Origin: Eledone cirrhosa
Lineage: Eukaryota
Length of the DNA: 64,000 nucleotides
Direction: 5' to 3'
NCBI GenBank assembly: GCA_964016885.1
Contig: OZ024740.1
Coordinates: 145,824,001 to 145,888,000 of the forward strand
A model generated the notes under the pieces. The model ran no database searches and was not told where the DNA came from. It worked only from the letters and a program-made list of their open reading frames with translations. This document shows positions 1 to 10,397 of this stretch, piece by piece. Numbering within the stretch: position 1 is the stretch's first letter; each line of letters begins with the position of its first letter. The position numbers were made by a program, and so were the translations under genes.

Positions 1-358
1 GATTATGAATTTACTTTCTCTCACTATTTACTTCATGATATTGCTTTGAATCCAATGAACATGTTTGTGTTATGATTTATAGGTTTTGCATGTATAATGA
101 GAAGCAATATCTTTATCTGTTTGTAAACAGTGTTTTTGTTTGGGTTTTCAACAACTCATAAATTAATTTGTAGTTTTATTTCCATGAGATGTGAATAATT
201 TACTAGTACAATTAAAAATCCATCTGATTAATTTCTGTGGTCATTTTTTGCCTTTGCCAACATTAGAAAAAGTATTTGAAATGACTACACATGCATTATC
301 ATCACATATATTGCTAACTTCTTAAGAATTGTCTATTTTCTTCTTTTAAACATTTCAG

Positions 359-514
359 AATCAAATGGAGCTCTTCTATAAATTTTCCCCAGTTCTTATG
401 CAGCATATCCCCTCTGAAACAGTTAATTCTTGGAAGAAACAGCGCAATAAGCTTGACCCTAAAAGGCTAATTCCATCACTGGTGCAATATGACAGTAAAA
501 AACACTATCATCAA
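359..514 (+). CDS. VPS18: VPS18 exon (NQMELFYKFSPVLMQHIP...HYHQ)
   Basis: ttcag acceptor, gtatgt donor, 52 codons. Confidence 0.92.
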
Positions 515-3500
515 GTATGTTAACTCTGAAAAAACAATATTCTTTTAATATTTTCATTTTTTTTTTTTTGTAATATGCCCTCAATTAGTTTTTGTATATC
601 ATAAATGTTTTCAGTCATCTCGTTTTTCTTATTTGGTTAAATAAACCATGGTCAGAAAAAAAAGACCCAGTTGAATGCATTAAGCCAACCTACAAACCCA
701 TCATGTTAGGTATGATGCTGTTAACAGCAGTAAAAGTGGTGGCATTAGTGGTTTTTTCTTTTTCTTTGCCCACAGAGGGTTGCGGGGCCAGAGTTTTCAA
801 GCACACCTTCCAGCGGGTTCTATCAGAAGCAACCCTCTCCAAATGATCCAGCTGAATTCCCAAATGAGACCAACCAAGCTCATGGATGTTATCCAACCCT
901 CTTGCTTGTGGGCTACCTCTGGGTCTCCTGCTGGCTGGCTTTGCCTGTAAAATCTCTCCAACAATTCTTTCCTTCGATATTCTAACTACATGTCTGTAGT
1001 ACTGGAGCTGTGATTTCTCAATTCAGAGAAGCAGCAGCTGTACCTGAAGTGACTCCCTGGCCTCCAAGCTACACACCCTACTGAGTAATGTTACTACAAA
1101 GACCTTTCAAAGGAACCTCATTTCAGTTGCTTGTATTCGTGATTGTATACTTTGTCATTATCCAAGATTCACAAAACCGAGTTGAAGATAGCATTAGTGG
1201 TTTCATCATCATCATTGTTTTTACATATGCTTTTCTATGCTTGCATGGGTTGTTTTGTCTATTTGCTCTAACAATGATGTAACTTTGATGTATGAAACCT
1301 GATACTACAGCATTACCCTTTTGATATACCTACCCAGAGCCTATCGTACATTTCAAGGAATTCACTTCAATACCTTTCCTGCACACTGCACATAGCCACC
1401 TCTTTGTTAATTAATGCTTTACTACTTGCTATCATCTTCGTCTTTCCAATATTCACCTTCATACCTTTTGTCTCCATACATTTCTTTTACCCATTCATCT
1501 CCCTCAGTCCATCCATACTGTCTGCTATTAATACTAGGTAATGGCAATTGTCTCCTAGAGCTTCCAAAAGCTCCAATTTTCAAGTATTAAGTAGACAAGA
1601 GCAAAATATTTTCCTGTCCATCACAGTTGAAATTCTCATACAATCTGGTACAAATTCTTGCCCTGAAATAAAACATTCTTGCAAACATTTTGAATTCAAG
1701 ACTCCAAGCTTAATTGTTTAGTATATTATCAACTCATCTAGTTCACCTCTACATTTCCTATAGCAGTGTCTCAAACAATACAGATATGAATATATTACTA
1801 AAGATATGAATATATTCCTTTATACAATATAACATTTTGTTTTGTCATAGTTATTGGCAATATTCAATTGCAAAAAAAAAAAACACTTTATACAATGCAA
1901 TATATTCACTATCAAAATATGTGGGAGGATTCTGTATTTTAAGTGTTCAACTCATGCCAGCATGGAAAAGTACACAACTGGTGATAATGCTTCTTTAGTT
2001 ATGGAAATCCTTTATTAGTTTTGAAATCTTTTATTTGTGTTCTATAGGGAAACCAAGCCATTCGATATTTGAAGTTTTGTGTTGAAGAGCTGGATGTAAG
2101 AGACCCTCCAATACATAACTATTTGTTATCACTATATGCTAGGCTACAACCTGATCAACTCATGGTTTATCTTTCGAGTCAAGGGCAGGTAAGTTGTTTC
2201 TTTACTTTATTTGCTATTGACGTCTTTATCTAACTAATAGATTTATTATCCTATGCATATTAATTGTCTTTTGCTTTGTGTTAATTGATTCATTTCATTA
2301 TAGATTAGACTTGCTTCTTGGACTTCTTTTTATTATGCTTATATGAAAAGCAGTTTTAACATCTTTTAGATCTTAATGTTGAGGAGGATTTAGTTGTTTT
2401 TACATTAATTTCAATATTATTTATAAATTCACTATTTTAGTTTACTTTTCTTTTATTCAGATAACCATGTCATTACAAACTTCTGTCTCATTCATTAACT
2501 TTTCTTTTGTTTGTTCCTGTTTTTTTCTTTCTATACTAAAGAATTCAGAACATGTTTGCTATGATCTAAAATATGCTCTCAGAATTTGTTTAGAGCTGAA
2601 TCACAAAGAAGCCTGTGTTCATATATATTCTGTGATGGGATTATATGAAGAAGCTGTGGAATTAGCTCTAACTGTAAGAATATTTATAAAATCACTCCAA
2701 GACTATCATGCCCAATAATTTATTGTATAACATCTCTCACTCTCCTCTTATTTTTGCATAGCTTTGTTTTATCCATCTCAGCCCATTTGTGAACCCTATG
2801 CCTATGTTTTTTTTCTATTGTATGTATGAATAAGCCCTTAAGAACAAAGAAAATTTCCCACCAAGGTCAACTTTACCTTTCATCCTTCCAAGGTTGAAAT
2901 AACGTACTGGGGTTCAATACAATCAACGTTTTCATTCTCACAATACAATGGCCTTGTGTCTAAATTAGAAATCATAATTGTTACTATTATTTTATCAGCG
3001 AGGTCTATAGTGAAAATTGAACCACCACCTTCATTTAGAAAGAAGGCGCAACAAATCTTCCTTACCCTGGTAGATATGATAAAAGAAGCTGTATGGTAAA
3101 CTTATCTATAAAGATTGAGGACAGGAATCTTCCTCTCCAGCCAAGCCTTTATCAACATCTTCAAGTTCCACTTGAAGAGGGAGGTGTTGCTGTTTAGTGT
3201 GTTTTATGAAAGGTGGGTGAGAGTTGCGAGATTGATGAAGCTGAGCGGGCCTAACCTGACTATATTTTTCTAAGGAGGAACAAAAAAAAAAACAGGAGAG
3301 GATGCTTTCAATTCACATGCAGAGGTAACAGAGTAATCCAAGGTTTTGTTGAGGGTTTCTCTCCAGAATTACCCTAAAATGCAGTCCCCCACTATTGGGG
3401 AACTTGTTCTTGTTGACATTAGCTATTATTTTCTATTGTTATGCATATTTATGACAATTTCTATTGTTGTTATTCTCACTGTTTTCTCTTCAGTGGAGTC

Positions 3501-4440
3501 CTCTTTCCTTTACTCGATATAAAACCAACTCTGTGTTGTTGTTGTTGTTGTCCCTGTATTGTCCCCAATGTCTTGGGCCTTTGTAGCCAATAATAATTAT
3601 TATTATTGTTGTGGTTGTTGTTATTAATCTCTTTGGGAGAACTTTCAGGCTGGGGCCCTTGGATAACTTCAAGAAATCCCTGGCCAGGCAGTGCTACTGA
3701 GGAGCCTTGCCAGTTAGGGATAAACTCTACAGGCATGGAAGTGCTGTCAGCCAGGCCTGTCTGAGATGCGCGCAGGGCAAGGAAACCATCCTGCATGCAC
3801 TTGCCCAGTGTCCGAGCATCGCTGACTTGTGGGTTTATGTCAAACATCGCTGTCGTGTGTAGGACTGATCTGGCTATCAGCTGAGTCCATTGTGAAGATT
3901 ACCCCGCCACCTCCTTTTACCAGGAAGGGCAGGCAGTTTTAATCTGCCTGGAGGTCATGGTAAAAGAGGTTGAATGGTGGATGCGTCTGAAAGGGTTGAA
4001 GAATGGAACATTCCTCTTCGGTGACGCCCTCAGTAACTTTTTCAGGTTTCACCTGAAAAGGAAAATCAGGGTGGAGAGGGAAGTGTTGCCTTCCAGCCAG
4101 TTTGTTGAAAGGTGGGTGAGAGAGGCAAGAATAGCTCATGTGAATGGGCCTACCCTGAGCATGTGCCTGTAGTATCATAGGAGGAAAACTGGAAGAGGGC
4201 GCTTGCCTTAGCGGTCAGAGTTACCGTGGCTTTTTTTGTGGGCTTTCTCCACAAGTGACCCTTGGAAGTCTTTCTCTCCCCACCCCCATTGGGGAATTTT
4301 TCCTTATTTCTTTTTTGTTACATCCTTTGCTTTTGTTTTTTACTTGCAGAAATGCCCATTGTACCATCCTGTGCTATCCTTAATGTTATACTTTATGTCA
4401 ACCCTTGTGGTTAATAAAGAAAGCATTGTTATTAAATGAA

Positions 4441-4471
<31 letters not shown>

Positions 4472-7400
4472 GATAAATGTTGATCTAGCTAAGGATCAAG
4501 CATCAAAACCAGAGGACAATGACTATGAACTACGAAAAAAACTGTGGCTGAAAATTGGTAACTTTTTCTTTCTGTATATGTACATACCTATGTGTTAAAT
4601 TATACTTCTAACACATATTATAGACTGGGAGGCAGAATCAATTATCTTTATGAAAAATAAATCATTATTTTGCTTTTACAACTTTGCTATTGTTGCAAAT
4701 ATTCAATGTCAATTAAATTCATTTAAATTTTGTAGTAACATAGGGCTGTCTCAGCCATTTGCATGTTAATTTCATGAACCAGCTGTTCCGTTGATTGTAT
4801 CAACTGGAACACTGATTGTTGGAACTAACGGAGTGCCAATAAATAAATCTTTATCGGATGTTTACAGTTAAGACTACATACAGCCCTGGGATACTACAAA
4901 ATTTAAATAAATTTAATTGACATTGAATATTTGCAACACAATAGATGATATAGAATTAGCTGTTGATTAGTTCACAAGTTAGCACTTCTGATCAAGCAGG
5001 GTTATCATTAAAAGCATCCCAGCCATAGCCAAGCCATCTATATTTCAGACGTAGTTTTATCTGGGCTTAACTATCCAAAAACGTCCTTCCTTCTTGTTCA
5101 GGACAGTAAGGTGTGATTAGAGGGAGATGTGACTACTTTTCCTAATAAGTCAAGCAACTACATACAGGATCCCTTGTTGATTTGACACAATATAGAATTA
5201 GTTTGTTCAGAAGTACTAAAGCCATTGTAGAAGCAGTAGAAGTAACTTGATTCTAAGCCAGTGATTTTTGTTAGTGGTGGTGGTGTGGTGTGGGGCATCA
5301 GATGGACAGCATTTTTTGAGACAATCTTTTAATGGTTCTCATATCATATTTTCTCAATTTGATGTTTAAAATGACTAGTTGATATTTTCTAATTCATTCT
5401 TCAGCCAAGAAACTTATTAATTTGAAAACAAATTAAAAATTCTGAAATAGTTCTGATCCTCATATCGTTTTCTTCTAGATATATTTTCTATTTTTTTTTT
5501 TTATAAAACACAAACCTGGATTTTGTACCTTCCAATATTAATAGAACAATATATATTTCCTTACTGGTTTGTAGATTTTGCTTATCTTTTAAAAAAAAAG
5601 CTATAATTATTAATGCTTAAAAACTAGGTTTACATCATTTAAAAATAAATCATTCTTTCCTTTACATAAAACTTTTACATTTCAGCACGACATGTTGTAG
5701 AGGAGGAGAAAGATGTGAAGAGAGCAATGGAGTTTCTTCGAGAATGTGACTTATTGAAAATAGAAGACATTTTGCCATTTTTTCATGATTTTGTTATTAT
5801 TGATGACTTCAAGGTTAGGAAACCATATTATCATCATTCATCATCATTTCATTTTACGTCCACTTTTCCCTGCTTGCAAGGGTGGGACAGGAACTGATTC
5901 TGGCTTGATTTCTACAGCTGGATGCCCTTCCTAACACCAACCTCATTTACAGTGAGTGCTGGGTGCTTTTTTGCCGTGGCACCTCCACGACCACTTCGTA
6001 GTGGAATGATAGGGACCCCAGTCCCTATCATCTCATTTCTACAGCTGAGTAAACTGGAGCAATGTGAAATAAAGTGTCTTGCTCAAAGAAACAACACATC
6101 ACCCGATCTGAGAATTGAACTCACAACCTTTCGATTGCAAGGCCAATGCTCTAACCACTAAGCCATGTGCCTCCCAAACTATATTTATATATCAATGTAA
6201 ATGCAACTAATTTAATTGAACTATTATAAATTATTATTTGTTTAAAATGAGTTCAAATCCTGCCGAAGTTAGCTTTCACTCTTCATCTTTCTTAATGCTT
6301 TTTAAACTTCATCCCCAGTTATCTTTTCTGCTAATCTGAGAACTGGATTGTTCTCTATGTTGCCTTGCTATTCATTCTTGTCATTCAACAGCCTCCCCAT
6401 ATATCTCTTCCAACTATCTTTATTTCCAGCTAAGTTAACAAAAATTTCCCCCACTTCATTCTTCAAGCAGTTCACCCATACCTATCACATCTCTATCTCT
6501 CTTACTGCCTTGCAATCCTAAACAACTTTCTTTAATCTATTCATTCTCTAAACATACCTCTTTGTCACTTCTCTCTTTTCAGTTCTCTTGACTTCATGTA
6601 CTTCTGGTGAGCTGCCTCTTCTGCTACCACACCCCCTCTCATTCTCTGAATATCTTCCCCTTCCTATCAACCTTTTTTCTAGCTTCATCATCCCATCATG
6701 TTTCTAAGTTATCCATCCACACACATCACCAACAGCTTCTAATAAATCATCTTTCAAAAACTTCAAGCACTCTCAAGTTCATTCATGTCATATAACATAC
6801 TCAGTTTTTCTCTTAGAGTCTCACTAACTGTTGCTTCTTTTAACTTTCACACCTCCAGTCTTGGTTACTATTTCTTCTGTTGAACTCTCCTCCCACCTTT
6901 CACCCTTAGGTCACTGACAACTAGATGATGGTGGGTAACAACCTTCTCCACTAAGATTACTTTTGTATCATGCAAGTTTCTCCTATCTCTCCCATATATC
7001 ATCAGGTTGTCAACAGTTGATGACTACAAACCTAACTAGTTTATTATCTTTCTGGAATTGGCTGCTGCTGATTGACATATCAGCTCCATCATCAAACTCC
7101 AGAATCCTTTTACCCTCTCTGTTCCTCACACCATACTCATACCTACCATGGACTCCTTCAAAACCATCCACATCCCTCCCTATATATCCATTCCTACCAC
7201 AATAACTTCATCTTTTCAACCATCTTCTTTGTCGCACACCAACATTTATCTAACCTACCTGTGGGGCATATGCTGAGATGATGTTCACCAAGAACTTTCC
7301 CATCATCAACCAATCACTCACTCCAGTCATACCACACTGTCTATAAACTTTACAGAAATCAAGGCACCAACAAAATGCACACTTTCCAGACATCTTTGCC

Positions 7401-9536
7401 ACACATACTTTTACTTCTGTCCTTGTATTTCTCTCACTATTCTCACACAATTTCTTTTCCATCTTCCTTTCTGCACACAACATATGTCCACTCTTCAGTA
7501 CCTCCACCACCTCTCCCAGTCTCCCTGTCATTATACCTATACTCCATGTCCCAAATCTCATAAACCAGTTATCATTTTCATTTTGCGTCTGCTGTTCCTT
7601 GCTTGCATAGGTTGGACAGGTCCTCAGTATATGACTTGTCTCCACAAAAATACATAAGATACTTGGCCATCATAAATGGACTGAACTTCTCTCTTGTTTC
7701 AACAAGTATTTCCACTTTAAATTTTGATGAAAGGGAGCGGAGACTCTCAGGAGATATTTCAGGCTCCTGTACCCTGCCCATGTTATTATCCTCATTATAA
7801 GGCAATATGTACATACACATGCACACATACACTATATATATAAAGACATACGTATTTATTTATTTTAGGATGCTATTATATCCTCTTTGGAGAAATACAA
7901 TGATCATATTGATTCCCTCAAAGAAGAAATGGATAGAGCAACCAAGAGTGCCGAAGAAATTCGCAGAGAAATACAGAGTTTTCGCAACAAGTATTCTTTT
8001 AAATATATTTAATATACATTCTTAACCTGAAAAAATAGCTGTTTTACTAAGGTTCATGGTAATATTTTCATCTTCAAAAGAAGAAAGTGTCAGTTTTTAC
8101 AAGATGCTAAAAAAAAAGATAAGGTGTTGTTTTAAATTTTGTAAAGGGATTGGTCTTTTCTTCTTTTTAGCATAAAAACTGTCAAACCAGCTGTTTTATT
8201 AGGGTTAATATTGTAGCATTAAATATATCTTTTGTATGTCTGATATTTTCAAATTTCTCAATATTAAAATTTAAAAAAATATGTTCCTTTATTAACAATC
8301 CAAACTACATTTACTTTTCAGATTTGCATTTGTCAAAGTGCAAGACAAATGTTTCTTCTGTGGCTTTCCTCTCATGACACAGTCTTTCCATGTGTTTCCT
8401 TGTGAGCATAAATTCCATACGGATTGTCTTATTTCAGAAGTAAGTGACTTCAATGAAAAGCAGTTATTTTGGGCTGTATTGTTTATTAATAAGCTGATAG
8501 TTTATCTCCGTAAATATAAAAATCCTTTTTGTAACAATACACAATACTAATAATGATCACAGATTCTGCCAAGTTGTTATTTTTGCTTTTGGAGTTATTA
8601 ATCTGGCCAAAACTGGCTCTGGCTCTATGAAATAAAACCACCCATTTTAAAGGTTTCCAATTTAAATTAAAATCTGACGTAATTTTATATAAGAATCTTA
8701 CATTAAGTTACTATCTTAGTAATAATGAAATAATAAATAATTTTAGTAAATCCCTCAAAATTCATCGTTAATTAATTAAAATAGAGTGTATTTCATTAGA
8801 AATGTCGTCGTGAAAGGGTTAAAACCATTGGTCTATAACTATTTAAGGTTACTGAGCATATCTGATGAAGGATCATGATTTCTCATGATCAGGGCAAGCA
8901 GTTTAAACCCTGACATTTGGCAGTTAAACACTTCTTTTATAAATTAAGCTTGAATTCAGCTTGAAAATTAACATATTTAATGATTAAATTAATTTCTAGA
9001 AGGTTAATTTTAATTGAAATAAAATTATTTTATTTTTAGGTTGACCCTAATCTTTCTGTGTCAAAGAAAAAGAAAATAGAAGAGTTGCAAAAAAAGGTGA
9101 AAGAGCCACGAATACAGAATTTATTATTAACTATTCATGGGAATCAGACTGAAGCAAACATTAAAGTAAGTCCCTTTTATCTTTTCTAATGTTCATTATC
9201 ACTTAGAAATATCTTTTCTAATTTCTTTTATTTTATCTTTTCTAATTTGTTATTTTATTTTTCAGTCTGAACTTGATGAAATAATTGGAGCGGAATGTAT
9301 TTACTGTGGAGACATGATGATCAAGTAATATATTTTTCTTATTACTTTTCCTATCCTTTTCCAATATAGATATATATTTTAAATATTCAAACAAAATCAA
9401 ATTAATTGCATTAATAATACTTTTTCTTTAAATTAAACTATTAAACTAATGTATGAATTTCATTTTTTATAGATTAATAGATAAGCCTTTTATTGAAGCA
9501 GATGAAATGGACCAAGCAGCAAATGGTTGGCTATGA
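359..9536 (+). CDS. VPS18: VPS18 (HOPS/CORVET core subunit), 3' part: join(359..514,2048..2188,2542..2673,4473..4557,5686..5813,7869..7990,8322..8439,9040..9165,9266..9324,9473..9536); upstream exons lie outside the window
   Basis: All introns are GT-AG with consistent phases; 1131 nt = 376 aa + TGA. The translation carries VPS18 hallmarks (LFYKFSPVLM, YDLKYALRIC, LRKKLWLKIARHVV, LLKIEDILPFF, RING-H2 CFFC..CEHKFHTDC..ECIYCG, terminal DKPFI..GWL*). Confidence 0.96.
780..1090 (-). mobile_element. RTE-type LINE 3' fragment
   Basis: Encodes LGWSHLGIQLDHLERVASDRTRWK (RTE C-terminus); similar to 32920..32970. Confidence 0.6.
2048..2188 (+). CDS. VPS18: VPS18 exon (GNQAIRYLKFCV...IHNYLLSLYA...QGQ)
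   Basis: tatag acceptor, gtaagt donor, 47 codons. Confidence 0.93.
2542..2673 (+). CDS. VPS18: VPS18 exon (NSEHVCYDLKYALRIC...EEAVELALT)
   Basis: aag acceptor in phase 0, gtaaga donor; lies within ORF 2467..2718. Confidence 0.9.
2995..3593 (+). mobile_element. Degenerate Tx1/L1-type LINE 3' end (copy A)
   Basis: PPPSFRK...FKFHLK...ERWVRVA resembles the ORF2 C-terminus of 39189..39460; ends gcctttgtagccaataa followed by (ATT)n. Confidence 0.6.
3627..4423 (+). mobile_element. Tx1/L1-type LINE 3' end (copy B)
   Basis: LFGRTFRLGPLDNFKKSLA..GALPVRDKLYRHG and VKEVEWWMRLKGL..FRFHLKRKIRVERE match ORF 39293..40375; ends cccttgtggttaataaagaaag. Confidence 0.85.
4473..4557 (+). CDS. VPS18: VPS18 exon (INVDLAKDQASKPED...LRKKLWLKI)
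   Basis: (att)n-ag acceptor, gtaact donor, ends in phase 1. Confidence 0.9.
5686..5813 (+). CDS. VPS18: VPS18 exon (ARHVVEEEKDVKRAMEFL...IDDFK)
   Basis: ttcag acceptor, gttagg donor. Confidence 0.93.
6030..6172 (-). mobile_element. tRNA-derived SINE; related copies at about 16320..16615(-), 23390..23660(-), 26310..26620(+), 4745..4840(+)
   Basis: A/B-box-like head (tagtggttagagc...gagttcaattc) followed by the shared gagcaagacactttatttcac core. Confidence 0.6.
6300..7640 (-). mobile_element. Degenerate RTE-type LINE, endonuclease region
   Basis: MRFGTWSIGIMTGRLGEVVEVL, VNIISAYAPQVG and a TDHHLV-like motif; many stops. Confidence 0.7.
7869..7990 (+). CDS. VPS18: VPS18 exon (DAIISSLEKYNDHI...IQSFRN), coiled coil
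   Basis: tttag acceptor, gtattc donor, ends in phase 2. Confidence 0.9.
8322..8439 (+). CDS. VPS18: VPS18 exon, RING-H2 (QDKCFFCGFPLM...CEHKFHTDCLISE)
   Basis: ttcag acceptor, gtaagt donor. Confidence 0.93.
8600..8822. mobile_element. piggyBac-like MITE remnant; related to 15370..15598 and 17805..17985
   Basis: Shared internal ccaaaactg-ctctgg-tct motif; terminus AAAGGG followed by TTAA. Confidence 0.45.
9040..9165 (+). CDS. VPS18: VPS18 exon (VDPNLSVSKKKKIEELQKKV...ANIK)
   Basis: tttag acceptor, gtaagt donor, 42 codons. Confidence 0.9.
9266..9324 (+). CDS. VPS18: VPS18 exon (SELDEIIGAECIYCGDMMI)
   Basis: ttcag acceptor, gtaata donor. Confidence 0.92.
9473..9536 (+). CDS. VPS18: VPS18 last coding exon (LIDKPFIEADEMDQAANGWL*)
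   Basis: tatag acceptor, TGA at 9534..9536. Confidence 0.92.
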
Positions 9537-9710
9537 TAGAATACCCTTGTTATTCAAAACGTTGCTTATAAGAAGTCAGTCAACATTGTCAACTACAAAA
9601 GGATTATGAATTTTGCCCTTAGCATCAAAAAGCTTGGAAATGAAAAGTTGCTTCATTGCTTATATATTTTACTATCAGTCAGCCTCGTTGCCAGCATATC
9701 GACTTTATGT

Positions 9711-9716
9711 AATAAA
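9711..9716 (+). promoter_or_regulatory. Candidate poly(A) signal of VPS18
   Basis: First AATAAA about 175 nt after the stop, followed by T-rich sequence. Confidence 0.45.
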
Positions 9717-9798
9717 TTGGCTTTATACCTACTTATTTCTTTTTTTTTCCTTTTATGCAGAATTTTACTACATACAAAAAGGTGTTTAGTCTTATTCC

Positions 9799-9804
9799 TT
9801 TATT
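9799..9804 (-). promoter_or_regulatory. Candidate poly(A) signal of SERGEF
   Basis: tttatt on + (AATAAA on -), about 430 nt after the SERGEF stop. Confidence 0.35.
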
Positions 9805-9879
9805 ATTTGTATACATCAATCGTTATACCAATGGCAACTTATGAAAAAAAAAACTGTGGAATCTACAGAACAACAGATG

Positions 9880-10145
9880 TCTTCTGTAGACATTGCTTTA
9901 AGATTTCTTGGCATGACCACATCACAAAAGAGGCAGTCATGGAAAGAATCCAGCTGAGTAATCTATGGAATACCATCACCATACAACAGTGGAAAATGCT
10001 TGGTCACGTACTAAGCATGTCCACAAAGAGACCAGTGAGGGACTCCATCTAATGGAAACCAGAACCAGAAGGTCGGAGGCAAGGCAGGCTCACCAAGAAC
10101 TGGTTGAGGTCTGAGGTGGGAGACCTGGCAAACATGGGCTTGCGA
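9880..10145 (+). mobile_element. RTE-type LINE 3' fragment between the two genes
   Basis: KISWHDHITKEAVMER...WKMLGHVLSM...WKPEPEGRRQGR is a typical RTE C-terminus. Confidence 0.7.
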
Positions 10146-10233
10146 CTGAGAAATAGAGATCTCTCATCACTTAATACTCTATAGCGAGGGAAAGGAACTA
10201 AAGATGAATCACTGAATGTATATTCTAACATTA

Positions 10234-10397
10234 TTAATTTGAGCAAATAGCAAAAGAGTGTCCAGTTCCAGTTCCAATCAAATCAATGGAAGATTTTTCT
10301 GGAAGTTGTACTTTGATGGGTCTAAGTTGATTCGTTTGAGTTCCATTACCACACATACCATGTTCATTCCATCCCCAGCAGACTAAAGAACCACATC
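10234..10397 (-). CDS. SERGEF: SERGEF last exon (GCGSLVCWGWNEHGMCGNG...AICSN*)
   Basis: ttccag acceptor; TAA at 10236..10234. Confidence 0.92.

Noticed and set aside
6090-6172. tRNA gene
   Set aside because: A/B boxes are present but there is no complete cloverleaf; it is a SINE head.
8862-8890. CTGATGAAG followed by a gatcatga/tcatgatc hairpin
   Set aside because: No GAAA, stem III or stem I partner follows; at most a decayed HHR.
9606-10052. 148-aa ORF as a host gene
   Set aside because: AT-rich UTR sequence fused to an RTE fragment.
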